Shown here: positions 1 through 9,672 of the stretch, one piece after another | Numbering within the stretch: position 1 is the stretch's first letter | How the letters are laid out: the number at the start of each line of letters is the position of its first letter | Assembly (NCBI GenBank): GCA_965206765.1 | Contig: OZ242222.1 | Location: 508,527 to 572,526, forward strand | Direction: 5' to 3' | DNA length: 64,000 nucleotides | From: Candidatus Multivorans sp. | Lineage (GTDB): Bacteria > Acidobacteriota > Thermoanaerobaculia > Multivoradales > Multivoraceae | Made by a program: the position numbers and the translations under genes | Notes under the pieces: model-generated | What the model saw: only the letters and a program-made list of their open reading frames with translations | Told to the model about the DNA's origin: nothing | Databases searched by the model: none

Positions 1-33
1 CAGGGGCGGCCACCGGCGGGGACCGCGGCGCCG

Positions 34-708
34 GTGACGGTTGTCGCCATCGACGGCCCGGCCGGCGTCGGCAAGAGCACAGTGGCCCGGAGGGTCGGGG
101 CGAAACTCGGCGTTCCCTATCTCGACACGGGCGCCATGTACCGGGCGGTCGCGTGGAAGGCGCTGGAGGACGGTCTTGACCCGGCCGAGGAGTCGGCAAT
201 GGTCGAGTTGATCGGGAGGATCGGGTTTGAGTTGCGTATCCGGGCAGCCCAAGCGGAGGTGGTCATCGACGGCTTCGCTCCGGGGCCGCTGCTTCGCACC
301 CCCCGGGTCGATGCGGCGACCTCGCGGGTCGCGGTTCATCCGCAGGTGCGTTCGTGGCTCGTTGCAAGGCAGCGGGAGTTTGCCGCCAGGGAAGGCGCGG
401 TGGTCGAGGGCCGCGACATCGGCACGGTCGTGTTCCCCCAGGCGAGGCACAAGTTCTTTCTCGACGCACCGCTCGAAGTCCGGACAGAGCGACGTCTGCG
501 GCAGCTTGGCGGTCAGGACGCCGCTGACCGCGAGCGACTCAGGCGGGAGATCAGGGCGCGGGACGAGCGCGACACCCGGCGCAGCGCCTCGCCGCTACGG
601 CACGATGCAAGCTACGAGATGATTGATACTTCGACCGGTGACGCCGATCAGATCGTGGCCCGGATTCTCCGGTCGGTGCGGGCGGCGGTTGCAGCGACTG
701 GCCCATGA
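34..708 (+). CDS. cmk: cytidylate kinase
   Basis: 224-aa ORF with the P-loop IDGPAGVGKST and the LDTGAMYRAV motif typical of Cmk. GTG start. The stop overlaps the next ORF start (ATGA). Confidence 0.9.
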   Translation: MTVVAIDGPAGVGKSTVARRVGAKLGVPYLDTGAMYRAVAWKALEDGLDPAEESAMVELIGRIGFELRIRAAQAEVVIDGFAPGPLLRTPRVDAATSRVAVHPQVRSWLVARQREFAAREGAVVEGRDIGTVVFPQARHKFFLDAPLEVRTERRLRQLGGQDAADRERLRREIRARDERDTRRSASPLRHDASYEMIDTSTGDADQIVARILRSVRAAVAATGP

Positions 709-3700
709 CCGCCTCCGCGGGGGAGCGCGGCGGGGGGACTGCTGAGCTTCGCATCATCTTCGGCCTGTTCACGCTGGCCGCGATCCTGTTGGCAGTCGAA
801 CGGTGGCCGCGGAGCGACGAGCCGCCGCTTCCGACTCGGGGGCAGATCGCGGCGATGGAAACGGCCTACCAGGAACTGCTGCTCGATCTGCTGGCGGACG
901 CCGAACGCGCGGCGGAGGGTGTCCGCCGGACCGGGACGGTCACGCTCGACTCGCCGAAGGCCAGACAGAGTGTGTTCGAGGAGTTGGATCGGGCCAGCCG
1001 CGAAGGCGGCCGCACCCTGGTCCTCGTCGATCCCGACGGCCTGGCCCAGGCCTGGGGCGGCTCAGGGCTGAGGCACGATCTTCCCCTCGATCGTCTCCTG
1101 CCGGGAGGCATCAACCAGACCGCCGGCTTCACGGCAGTTTCGTTGTACGCGGCTGTCGACATGAGCGCGGGTGAGGGCGGCTGGCGGTTGGTCGTCGGCA
1201 ACAGCTTTCCGACCGACACGTTGCCGGTCCGAACACCGTTCGGACTGCGGCGTTACGGCGTCAGGTGGTCCGTGCGGGATCACTCCGCGGAACCTCTGAC
1301 CCCGGCCCTGGAGGCAAGCGGTATTCGAGAACTCGCTCCGCCGGACGGCGTTCCGGGGCCCTGGTTGCGTCTGCGATTCGAGCCTGCCTCCGAGCGGAAA
1401 CCGGGAACCGCCGGCTCGCTCGCTTTGGCCGCGTTAACGCTCGGGGTCGGCTTGTCGGCGGTCTGGGCCTTCCGCCGCTGGAGCAGCAGGTCACCGAAGA
1501 GGCCGCGGGTCGCTTTGGCTGTGCTTGGCCTGACCGGGGTCTGCTCGGCAGTGGGCTACGGCCTCTATCGGTGGCAGGTTTGGGCGACCGACGCGACGGG
1601 AGCGCCGCCGGACCTGGGAGGTTCCTTCGGAGGCCCGATCGGACACTGGGTGGTCCTGCTGACGGGTTGGGTTCTGCTCGCCGGGACCGCGCTCTGGGCA
1701 GCCGGTTGGCGGGACGGTCGGGACTGGATGCACGTTCTGCTGACCGCTACCGCGGCGGCTGTCGGGGTCGGCCTGCTTGCCGAAGCCACGCACACCCCCG
1801 CGCTGCGTGCGTTGCTGGCCGAGGGTGTTCGTGGTGGTCTCGATGCTCCGAGTCCCGAGGAAATCGCCGCACTGGCGGGGAGAACGAGTTCCTTCGTGAC
1901 GACGAGCGACCTGAGGGAACTCGCGCTGGGCGACCCGGACGAGCTCGACGATCACCAGGATCTGGCCCTGGAGCTCTGGCGCCGGTCTCCTCTGGCCGCT
2001 TCGGAGACCTTCTCGGCTCTCGCCGTGATCGGGGAGGACGAGATTTCGACGTTCTCCTACGGCTTGCCGGTGGACGCGGCGACCGGCGACCTCGCGGTCG
2101 AAAGCGCGCGCTGGCCGCGGGTTGACCTGCCGATCTGGCAGCAGCAGCGCAGCGCGTCGGGCGAGGTCACGGTGGCCTCCGCGGGACAGGACTGGGGTGC
2201 GGTCCGCTACTGGACCGCGGCGTTTCCGCGATTCGATGTCTGGAGCAGAGCCACCTCGGGAGGCGGCGCCGATCTCGAACTGCGCCTGTTGCGGGGTGGC
2301 CCGGGCCGGAGTCCGAGCGCCTCGAGTCCTCCGGGAAGGGCTCTCCTTGCCTATGTCGACGGTGCGGGGCGACCGCTCGTCTCAGCGTGGCAGGAGGACT
2401 GGCAGTTGCCGGCGCCCTCGGAGGCGGTGGATCCGCGCCGGACCATGCGCGTCGAGACGCCGGGGGGACCCGCCCTGGCCTGGTTCAACCCCAGCACTCT
2501 CGACGGCCTCTGGGTTGTCGCGCTGCTGCCCGAGCAGGCCGTGGCGGAGCGCCTGTGGCGCATAGCGACGGTCGCCGCGCGGCTGGTGCTGGCTGTGTCT
2601 GCCGTGGCGTTCGCCGTCCTCCTGATCGGCCTGCCGACGGCGAAACTCCGTGGGAGCCTCCTGCCCGATGTCCGGCGCTACTCGGTGCGGCTCACGGCGG
2701 TGCTGGCTCTGATCGCGATCGTGCCGCTGACGCTGCTCAACGGGTTGCTCCTCCGCAATCTGGGCGCCCGGATTCAGGCCGAGCAGGAGGTAGCCGGTCG
2801 TACTGCCCTCGTGGCGCTCGAGTACGTCCTGACGGACTTTCTCCTCGGCCTGGAGGCCGGGTTCTCGATGGATGCCGAGTTGGACCACGAGCTCCTGGCA
2901 TGGCTGGCGGAAGTGGTGGGACACGAAGTGAACCTGTACTGGCGAGGCGGCGTCTACACGTCGAGCAAGCCGGACCTCTTCACCGCCGGTCTGATGCCGA
3001 AGCGGATTCCGGGAAACGTTTACAGCAGGTTGGCGCTGCTCGGTCACCCGACTGCCGCCCGCGTCCAGAGGGTGGGTCAGGGCGCGTCCTACCTGGAGCT
3101 GTACACGCCGGTGTCCCTGGGAGAGGAGCGTCCGGGAGAATCGGGTCTGTTCGTGTCGGTGCCGCTGCTGGCGCAGCAGGAGGCGGCCACCCGCGAACTC
3201 GCCGCCCTGAGGCGGCAGGCCCTGGTCATCACCACGGCACTGGTGCTGTTGCTGGTCACCGTCGGTGCGCGGCTCGCGCGAGGATTCACCCGTCCGCTGA
3301 TGCGCATGATCGACGGCGCCGGCCGGATCGCCGGCGGCGCGGCCTCGCTCGGCTTCAAGCCGCAGGAGACGGAGTTGAAGACGCTTGCCGTCGCCATCGA
3401 CGGCATGGCGGCCCGGATCGCCGCGAACCGCGCCCGGGAAGAGGCGGCACAGCGCCTGGAGGCCTGGGCCGAGATGGCGCGGCTCATCGCGCACGAAGTG
3501 AAGAACCCGCTGACCCCGATCCGCCTCTCGACCGAGCACCTGCGGCAGGTGTGGCGGGATGCCCCGGAACGGCTGGAGGAGATCTTCGAGCGCTGCACCG
3601 ACAACATTCTGGTTCAGGTTGACGAACTGGCGCATACCGCGGGCGAGTTCTCGACCTACAGCCAGATTCCTCTGGCCCGGCTGGCGCCCGGGGACCTGGC

Positions 3701-4163
3701 CGCGGCGGTTCGGGAGGTGGTGGACGGCTATCGCCACCCGTCGCCGGACGGTGTGAACGTGGTCTTCGAGTCGGAAATGGACGCGGAGGCGGCGCAGCTT
3801 TCCTTCGACCGGCGCCTGGTGCAGCGCGCGGTCCGCAACCTGCTCGAGAACGCCCTCCGCGCGAGCGAGAGCGGCGAGGTCCGGGTCACCGTGGCGCCGG
3901 CCGACGCCGGCGGCGGCCTCGGCGTCACCGTGGATGACAGAGGCCGGGGTGTCTCGGACGCCGACCTGGAACGCATCTTCGAGCCCTACTTCTCGACCTC
4001 GAGTGGCGGTACGGGCTTAGGGCTTCCGATCGCCCGCCGCATCGTGGAGGAGCACGGCGGCACGATTACCGCCGTGAGGAGGGCCGGGGGAGGACTCTCG
4101 GTGCGGATCGTCCTGCCCGCCGATCAGACTTCCGAGTCTTCCCGAGGCGACGATTCAAACTGA
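705..4163 (+). CDS. large membrane sensor histidine kinase, NtrY-like (multi-TM/extracytoplasmic N-terminus, HAMP, HisKA, HATPase)
   Basis: 1152-aa ORF. H-box AHEVKNPLTPI, N-box LLENALRAS, G-boxes DDRGRGV and GTGLGLPIARRIVEEHGG. Several hydrophobic segments in the first ~750 aa. No response regulator is adjacent. The exact start is unverified. Confidence 0.8.
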   Translation: MTASAGERGGGTAELRIIFGLFTLAAILLAVERWPRSDEPPLPTRGQIAAMETAYQELLLDLLADAERAAEGVRRTGTVTLDSPKARQSVFEELDRASREGGRTLVLVDPDGLAQAWGGSGLRHDLPLDRLLPGGINQTAGFTAVSLYAAVDMSAGEGGWRLVVGNSFPTDTLPVRTPFGLRRYGVRWSVRDHSAEPLTPALEASGIRELAPPDGVPGPWLRLRFEPASERKPGTAGSLALAALTLGVGLSAVWAFRRWSSRSPKRPRVALAVLGLTGVCSAVGYGLYRWQVWATDATGAPPDLGGSFGGPIGHWVVLLTGWVLLAGTALWAAGWRDGRDWMHVLLTATAAAVGVGLLAEATHTPALRALLAEGVRGGLDAPSPEEIAALAGRTSSFVTTSDLRELALGDPDELDDHQDLALELWRRSPLAASETFSALAVIGEDEISTFSYGLPVDAATGDLAVESARWPRVDLPIWQQQRSASGEVTVASAGQDWGAVRYWTAAFPRFDVWSRATSGGGADLELRLLRGGPGRSPSASSPPGRALLAYVDGAGRPLVSAWQEDWQLPAPSEAVDPRRTMRVETPGGPALAWFNPSTLDGLWVVALLPEQAVAERLWRIATVAARLVLAVSAVAFAVLLIGLPTAKLRGSLLPDVRRYSVRLTAVLALIAIVPLTLLNGLLLRNLGARIQAEQEVAGRTALVALEYVLTDFLLGLEAGFSMDAELDHELLAWLAEVVGHEVNLYWRGGVYTSSKPDLFTAGLMPKRIPGNVYSRLALLGHPTAARVQRVGQGASYLELYTPVSLGEERPGESGLFVSVPLLAQQEAATRELAALRRQALVITTALVLLLVTVGARLARGFTRPLMRMIDGAGRIAGGAASLGFKPQETELKTLAVAIDGMAARIAANRAREEAAQRLEAWAEMARLIAHEVKNPLTPIRLSTEHLRQVWRDAPERLEEIFERCTDNILVQVDELAHTAGEFSTYSQIPLARLAPGDLAAAVREVVDGYRHPSPDGVNVVFESEMDAEAAQLSFDRRLVQRAVRNLLENALRASESGEVRVTVAPADAGGGLGVTVDDRGRGVSDADLERIFEPYFSTSSGGTGLGLPIARRIVEEHGGTITAVRRAGGGLSVRIVLPADQTSESSRGDDSN

Positions 4164-5713
4164 ATCGTCTGGGTGGGGAAGGCGAACCGGACGCCGAGAC
4201 GATCCGCGAGGCGGAGGATGTCGAGGGCCAGCTCGTGGCGGAGGCGCAGCTCGGTACTCCAGTCCGGCGCCAGGAAGAAGACGTAGAGCATGATCTCGAG
4301 CGCGTGGGGGCCAAACTCGTTGAGGTGGATCTCGAGCGCGTCCTGCCGCATCGATTCGTTGTCGCGTACGAGCTGCCGCATGCCCTCGCAGAACTCGTCG
4401 ACGCTGGCCGGCGGCGTGTCGTACGTGATGTCGATGCGCGTGCTCCAGCGCCGGGACCGTCTGGCGCCGTAGTTGTCGACCGAGGCGTCGATCAGGCGGG
4501 CGTTGGGCAAAGTGATCAGAGACGAGTAGAACGTGCGGACGCGTGTACTCCGGAAGCCGACCTCTTCGACCACACCCTCGACGTCGCCGATCTTGATCCA
4601 GTCGCCGACCCGGAACGGGCGGTCGAGCAGCACCGTGATCGAACCGAAGAGGTTCTTCAGCAGGTCCTGCGCCGCGAGCGCCACGGCCAACCCACTCAGG
4701 CCCAGGCCGGCGAGCAGGGCGGTCACGTCTCCGCCCAGCCGGGCGACCAGGAAGACCGCTCCGAAGATGGCGGCTGCCACCTTCAGGGTCTTTGTGACGA
4801 ACGGAACCAACTGGTCCTGGAAGCGGTTCTCGCTCCTGGCGGCGCGGGCACGCAGCGCCGTCCCCAGAAGGTCGATCTGGGCGAAAGCGGTCCGCCCCAG
4901 AGCCAGTAGCAGAAGCACGAGAAGGGTCGTATCGAGCCAGGCGTCGACCTGTGGGGCCAGGCCCAACCACTGGATTCCCAACCACCACACCGCGGCGAGA
5001 CCCAGCAGTCCGGTGGGCCGCAGAATGCGGCGCGCTCCGGGCAGGTCGAGGTTCTCGTAGCGGCCGCTCAGGGGCTTCGCGAGCAGCCCGAAGGAGGTCC
5101 AGACGACGATCCGGTCGATCAGAAGGCCCAGCAGGAGCAGGAGCGGCAGGGCCAGCCACTGCCACGGGTAGAGGATGAAGCCGCCGCTCTTGAGGGACTC
5201 CGGGATACGGTCCCGAAGCCACATCGTGGCGGTGACCGGCGCTTCCTCGACGCCCTCGACCACGGCGCGCTCGCGCACTTCCTCATACAGGGCCCCGATG
5301 GCGGCGACGGTGGCCCGGTTGAACAGCCAGCGGCCCTCGCTGTCCGGCGCCAGGACGACCGGTACCGACAGTTCGTCGCTGAACACCCACCGTTCGAGAT
5401 CGCCGTCCTCCGGGATGGCGTCGAACTCCACGAGCTCGAGCCGGTCGATCACCTGTTTCAGTTCGCTCGCCAGGTTCCGGCCCTGGCGCGCGCGGACGGG
5501 GAAGGGAAGGTCGCCGAGATCCAGGCAGGCTGCCGCCGCATCCAGGTCGGGCCGGCCGTCTTCGGTCGCGAACGCCTCGAGAAAGACGCGCATCGTCTCG
5601 CGCGGACTCTTCGGCGGCGGGTCGGCGGCCGGCTGCGCGAACGCGAACCAGGCCGCTGCCAGCAGCACGCCGACGCCGACCAGGGAGATCCTGCGGAGGA
5701 AGGACACGTTCAT
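4124..5713 (-). CDS. mechanosensitive ion channel family protein (MscS-like)
   Basis: The C-terminal half carries an MscS core (LFGSITVLLDRPFRVGDWIKIGDVEGVVEEVGFRSTRVRT). I chose the internal ATG at 5713 (MNVSFLRRISLVGVGVLLAAAWFAFAQP, signal-like) over the ORF-track start at 5965. Confidence 0.85.
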   Translation of the reverse strand: MNVSFLRRISLVGVGVLLAAAWFAFAQPAADPPPKSPRETMRVFLEAFATEDGRPDLDAAAACLDLGDLPFPVRARQGRNLASELKQVIDRLELVEFDAIPEDGDLERWVFSDELSVPVVLAPDSEGRWLFNRATVAAIGALYEEVRERAVVEGVEEAPVTATMWLRDRIPESLKSGGFILYPWQWLALPLLLLLGLLIDRIVVWTSFGLLAKPLSGRYENLDLPGARRILRPTGLLGLAAVWWLGIQWLGLAPQVDAWLDTTLLVLLLLALGRTAFAQIDLLGTALRARAARSENRFQDQLVPFVTKTLKVAAAIFGAVFLVARLGGDVTALLAGLGLSGLAVALAAQDLLKNLFGSITVLLDRPFRVGDWIKIGDVEGVVEEVGFRSTRVRTFYSSLITLPNARLIDASVDNYGARRSRRWSTRIDITYDTPPASVDEFCEGMRQLVRDNESMRQDALEIHLNEFGPHALEIMLYVFFLAPDWSTELRLRHELALDILRLADRLGVRFAFPTQTIQFESSPREDSEV

Positions 5714-5801
5714 GACGGTCGCCACTCTTCCAATCTCGTGGAGAACGGTCAAGGGGCAAGTGCCGCGCAACGCCTCGGAAACGGCTGGTAGCGTGGCCCG
5801 G

Positions 5802-6635
5802 ATGCGTGCCTGCTGCCTGGCTCTCACCCTCACGCTTCTTCCGGTGGCCGGGTGCACGCCGGCGGGGTCGAGCGGGTCCGTGACGGAGGGGACCGGCGCG
5901 CAGCCGGCGCGGACGCCCGAGCTCTGGCGGATCGAAGTGGTGGACCGACGTCCGCACGACCTCAAGGCCTACACGCAGGGACTGCTCTGGCGCGAGGGCG
6001 TGGTCTATGAGAGCACCGGCTCGTACGGCGCCTCCAGCCTGCGTGCGTGGCGCTGGAGCGACGGCGAGGAACTGGCCCGGGTGGACCTGGACCAGAGACT
6101 GTTCGGAGAGGGAGTCGCCTTCGTACCGGACGCCGGCGAGCGGCTCGTTCAGCTCACCTGGCGGCGAGGCGAGGCGCTGGTCTGGTCGCTCGACCCGCTA
6201 CGGGAGCAGAGCCGAATCCGGTACGACGGTGAGGGCTGGGGGCTGGCCTACGACGGTTCCGACCTGATCATGAGCGACGGCACACCGGTTCTGACCCTCC
6301 GCGATCCTCATACTCTCGAGGTTCGCCGGCGGCTGCGAGTGACGAGCCAGGGCATGCCGCTCCCCGACCTGAACGAGCTCGAGCTGGTCGACGATCTTCT
6401 GTTCGCGAATCTCTACGGGAGCGACGAAATCGCCGTGATCGAATTGGCCTCCGGTTCGGTGGTCGCCGTCGTCGACGCGTCGGGTCTGTTGACGGAGGAG
6501 GAGGCGGCCGCGGCCGATGTCCTGAACGGGATCGCCTACCGGCCCGGCCCGGGGACGTTTCTGCTGACGGGCAAGTACTGGCCGTGGGTGTTCGAGGTGC
6601 GGATCCTGGGCTACGATCCCGACGCCCCACCATAG
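5802..6635 (+). CDS. glutaminyl-peptide cyclotransferase (bacterial/plant beta-propeller type), lipoprotein-like signal
   Basis: [25 protein letters not shown] and [15 protein letters not shown] motifs. Start at ATG 5802 ([18 protein letters not shown], lipobox-like). The upstream part of the 486-aa track ORF is antisense to mscS. Confidence 0.8.
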   Translation: MRACCLALTLTLLPVAGCTPAGSSGSVTEGTGAQPARTPELWRIEVVDRRPHDLKAYTQGLLWREGVVYESTGSYGASSLRAWRWSDGEELARVDLDQRLFGEGVAFVPDAGERLVQLTWRRGEALVWSLDPLREQSRIRYDGEGWGLAYDGSDLIMSDGTPVLTLRDPHTLEVRRRLRVTSQGMPLPDLNELELVDDLLFANLYGSDEIAVIELASGSVVAVVDASGLLTEEEAAAADVLNGIAYRPGPGTFLLTGKYWPWVFEVRILGYDPDAPP

Positions 6636-6682
6636 GCGGCCATGCCCGAACCCGGGCGCCGCCCGCCACGGAGTTGAGACGA

Positions 6683-7687
6683 ATGAGCGACCGCATCTGG
6701 TATCTGGCCACTTCCGGCAAGCAGGAAGGTCCCTTTCTCGCCGAAGAGATCGCGGAGAAGATCCGCGCCGGCGACGTTCCCCGGAGCGCACACGTGTACC
6801 GGGAGGGCCTGGGCAACTGGGCGCCCGTGGTCAGCGAACCTCGATTCGCGTCGGCCTTTGGCAGTTCGATCCCCCGGCCGCCCGGGAGCGTCGCGGACGA
6901 GATCGACTACGTCATCGTGGGCGAGGAGATGCAGTTCGTCGAGATCACCCTCGATCCCGGCGAGGCTTGTGTCGCGGAGGCCGGGTCGTTCATGTACATG
7001 GACCCCGGCATCGAGATGAACACGATCTTCGGTGACGGTTCCGAGGGAGGCGGAGGCGGCTTCATGGACAAGTTGCTGTCTGCCGGCAAGCGGGTGCTGA
7101 CCGGGGAATCCCTGTTCATGACGGTGTTCGGAAACGGCGCCGGCGACCGCCGGAGCGTCGCCTTCGCATCGCCCTACCCGGGCCGCATCATCCCCCTCGA
7201 TCTGCCCTCCCACAACAACAGGATCCTGTGCCAGAAGGACGCGTTCCTGTGCGCCGCCAAGGGCGTGTCGGTCGGCATCGCGTTCCAGCGCAAGCTGGGC
7301 GCCGGGCTGTTCGGCGGCGAGGGGTTCATCCTGCAGAAACTGGAGGGAGACGGCCTGGCCTTCGTTCACGCGGGCGGTACGGTCGTCGAGCGGGATCTGA
7401 AGGCCGGCGAGACGTTGCGGCTCGACACCGGCTGTCTGGTGGCGTTCGAGCAACAGGTCGACTACGACATCCAGATGGTCAGCGGGGTCAAGACGGCGCT
7501 GTTCGGGGGCGAGGGGCTCTTCTACGCCAGCCTGACCGGGCCGGGCAAGGTGTGGATCCAGTCTCTCCCGTTCAGCCGCCTCGCGAGCCGGGTGTTCGCG
7601 GCCGCGGCCCAGGGCGGCGGCAAGAGCAAGGGCGAGGGCTCGGTGCTCGGCGGTCTGGGCGGCCTGGTGATGGGCGACCGCCGCTAG
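6683..7687 (+). CDS. AIM24/TIGR00266-family protein with an N-terminal GYF_2-like domain
   Basis: The N-terminus [49 protein letters not shown] resembles GYF_2/DUF4339. The remainder ([65 protein letters not shown]) matches the AIM24 family. Confidence 0.75.
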   Translation: MSDRIWYLATSGKQEGPFLAEEIAEKIRAGDVPRSAHVYREGLGNWAPVVSEPRFASAFGSSIPRPPGSVADEIDYVIVGEEMQFVEITLDPGEACVAEAGSFMYMDPGIEMNTIFGDGSEGGGGGFMDKLLSAGKRVLTGESLFMTVFGNGAGDRRSVAFASPYPGRIIPLDLPSHNNRILCQKDAFLCAAKGVSVGIAFQRKLGAGLFGGEGFILQKLEGDGLAFVHAGGTVVERDLKAGETLRLDTGCLVAFEQQVDYDIQMVSGVKTALFGGEGLFYASLTGPGKVWIQSLPFSRLASRVFAAAAQGGGKSKGEGSVLGGLGGLVMGDRR

Positions 7688-7695
7688 CGCGAGCA

Positions 7696-7728
7696 GAACT
7701 CAGGTAGAACTCTGGTAGAACTCAGGTA
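7696..7728. repeat. 3 x 11-bp direct repeat (gaactcaggta / gaactctggta / gaactcaggta) between convergent genes
   Basis: Read directly from the sequence. It fills the 34-bp gap between the stop at 7687 and the minus-strand stop at 7722-7724. Confidence 0.9.
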
Positions 7729-7994
7729 GCGACGGTTTCGATCTTCAGCATCCGCGCCCAGGCGGCGCGCAGGCTGTCGGGAAGGTCCAGGTCCTCGAAC
7801 AGATCACGCACTTCGTCCCGCGAAACGTAGTCCCAGATGTCCTCCCACTGGGCGTAGCGGAGCATGCAGGAGACGGCGTAGCACCGTTCCTCTCTGCTTT
7901 CGCCATGGAGCATCACGTCGAGCTCTTCGGTGGTCACGCGCCGCTCCGGGAAGAAGTAGAGGGGCTGGTTTTGGTGCGAGGAGCTTGTAGCCAT
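7722..7994 (-). CDS. hypothetical small protein (90 aa)
   Basis: The ORF is trimmed to ATG 7994 because the longer track ORF overlaps tRNA-Gly. I recognise no motif. Acidic, with W/Y-rich segments (YAQWEDIWDYVSRDEVRDLFEDLDLP). Confidence 0.4.
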   Translation of the reverse strand: MATSSSHQNQPLYFFPERRVTTEELDVMLHGESREERCYAVSCMLRYAQWEDIWDYVSRDEVRDLFEDLDLPDSLRAAWARMLKIETVAT

Positions 7995-8072
7995 CGAGGG
8001 AGCGTACCGAGGCGCGGAAGGGGGCGGCGAAGAATCATAGCGTGGCCCGCTCGCGAAGCTCCCGAAATGTGC

Positions 8073-8101
8073 TTGACCGCCCGTGAGTGGCTGGGTTACC
8101 T
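8073..8101 (+). promoter_or_regulatory. possible sigma-70-type promoter for tRNA-Gly(CCC)
   Basis: TTGACC (8073-8078), a 17-nt spacer, then TTACCT (8096-8101), about 20 nt upstream of the tRNA. The -10 element is weak. Confidence 0.3.
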
Positions 8102-8121
8102 TGGCGGTCCGCACGGCTCTT

Positions 8122-8197
8122 GCGGGCATAACTCAGTTGGTAGAGTGCCAGCTTCCCAAGCTGGATGTCGCGGGTTCGAGTCCCGTTGCCCGCTCCA
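8122..8197 (+). tRNA. tRNA-Gly (anticodon CCC)
   Basis: Cloverleaf read by eye: acceptor GCGGGCA/TGCCCGC, anticodon arm CCAGC-TTCCCAA-GCTGG, T-arm GCGGG-TTCGAGT-CCCGT, encoded CCA. Confidence 0.9.
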
Positions 8198-8253
8198 GTT
8201 CCCCATCCGGATGTCCCTGTTTTTACCGAGTTCGGTACCTGGAGAAAAGGTAG

Positions 8254-8688
8254 ATGGCGTTCTTCAAGAAGGAACCAGACGAGTCAGCGGTGGAGGCCGC
8301 ACTGACGCCGCCCGGGGAGGTGAGGTCGACTTCGGCCGCACCGGCCCGCACCTACGTCGCGGCCGGCTCCCGCATCGAGGGCAGCATCTCCGGCGAAACG
8401 GAGGTGCTGGTCGACGGTTCCCTGGTTGGGTGCGTGGAACTCAAGGGACGGTTCGTTCTCGGTCGCCGCGGCCGGATCCAGGGCGATGTCACCGCGCATT
8501 CGGTTCAGATCTGCGGCAAGGTGAAGGGCAATGTCCGGGCAACGGAGAAGATCGAAGTAGCCCCTTCCGGAGCGATCGAGGGGGACCTGGCCGCACCGCT
8601 GGTATCGATCGCCGAAGGCGGGGTCTGCAACGGCAGGATCGAGATGAGCGGTACGCTGTCGATCGGATCCAAGTCGGTCGGGTCCTGA
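8254..8688 (+). CDS. bactofilin (polymer-forming cytoskeletal protein, DUF583)
   Basis: 144 aa with repetitive beta-helix-like G/V/I segments (IEGSISGETEVLVDGSLVG, IQGDVTAHSVQICGKVKGNV, IEGDLAAPLVSIAEGG). Good SD (ggagaaaagg) upstream of the ATG. Confidence 0.8.
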   Translation: MAFFKKEPDESAVEAALTPPGEVRSTSAAPARTYVAAGSRIEGSISGETEVLVDGSLVGCVELKGRFVLGRRGRIQGDVTAHSVQICGKVKGNVRATEKIEVAPSGAIEGDLAAPLVSIAEGGVCNGRIEMSGTLSIGSKSVGS

Positions 8689-8691
8689 CCC

Positions 8692-9672
8692 CTACGAGCC
8701 CGGGTCGGCCGGCTCGTCGGCCGGCAGCCCCGAGGCCAGATCGCAGGCAGCGCACAACTCCTGCAGATCCTTCGGCACGGGTGCGGTGTAGCTGGCAGGA
8801 GGTGCGCCGGAGAGGCAAGGGAGCGTCAGCTTCCGGGCGTGCAGCGCGGGGCGGGGAAACTCGCGAAGGGAACGCCGCACGGTCGGCGACAGACCGTGCC
8901 AGCGTTGTTCGCCGTAGGCTGGATCGCCCACCAGGGGATGGCGGATCGCCTTGCAGTGGACGCGGATCTGGTGGGTTCTGCCGGTAAGGAGTTCGACCTC
9001 CAGCAGCGAGACGCCCGTTCCGGACGCGAGGACGCGGTAGCGGGTTGTTGCGGGACGGCCTCCCCGCGACTCCGGGACGATGGCCATGCGAGTGCGGACG
9101 GTGGGGTGGCGGCCGATCGGGAGTTCGATGGTTCCGGTCGCGGGGTCCGGCTCGCCGTAGACGACCGCCAGGTAGAGCTTTCCGACTTCTCGTTCGGCAA
9201 AGGCCCGGCTCAATCTCCGGTAGGCCGTGTCGGTGCGGGCGATGGCCAGGGCGCCGCTGGTGCCCATGTCCAGGCGGTGGACGATTCCGGGCCGCTCAGG
9301 GGATCCGACGCCCGCGATCTCGGGATGGTGGTGCAGAAGCCGGTTCACGAGGGTGCCGCTTCGAATGCCGGCGCCGGGATGCACGATCAGCCCGGCCGGC
9401 TTGTCGACCACCAGCACGTGCTCGTCCTGGTGGAGCAGTCGGATCGGCCCGGTCTCGGGCGTCAGACCGGTGGGCCGGGGTGGCGGAATGCGGTAGTCGA
9501 TCCGCTCGTCGCCACGCAACAGGTAGGAGGGCTTGAGCGGCGTTCCGTTCAGGGTCACGCGGCCGCCTCGGAGCAGGTTCTGAACCTGGCTGCGGGGCAG
9601 ATCCAGCGCTCGCGCCAGGTAGCGGTCGATCCGTTCACCGGTCGCGGACGCCGGCGCCAGAATCGAGTTCAC
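8692..9672 (-). CDS. rluD: RluA-family 23S rRNA pseudouridine synthase (RluD-like)
   Basis: N-terminal S4-like segment (ERIDRYLARALDLPRSQVQNLLRGGRVTLNG) and catalytic motif HRLDMGTSGALAIA. GTG start overlaps the lspA stop (GTGA). Confidence 0.85.
   Translation of the reverse strand: MNSILAPASATGERIDRYLARALDLPRSQVQNLLRGGRVTLNGTPLKPSYLLRGDERIDYRIPPPRPTGLTPETGPIRLLHQDEHVLVVDKPAGLIVHPGAGIRSGTLVNRLLHHHPEIAGVGSPERPGIVHRLDMGTSGALAIARTDTAYRRLSRAFAEREVGKLYLAVVYGEPDPATGTIELPIGRHPTVRTRMAIVPESRGGRPATTRYRVLASGTGVSLLEVELLTGRTHQIRVHCKAIRHPLVGDPAYGEQRWHGLSPTVRRSLREFPRPALHARKLTLPCLSGAPPASYTAPVPKDLQELCAACDLASGLPADEPADPGS

Noticed and set aside
5175-5801. N-terminal extension of the glutaminyl cyclase ORF. Similar over-extended track starts are 16532 (yraN), 22034 (feoA), 40671 (rpoN), 46068 (miaB), 9669-10790 (lspA), 10214-11089 (thiE), 24371-26047 (hydratase) and 55080-56282 (etfB).
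   Set aside because: The extensions overlap neighbouring well-supported genes or tRNA-derived sequence and are low-complexity. Internal starts give N-termini that match the family consensus.
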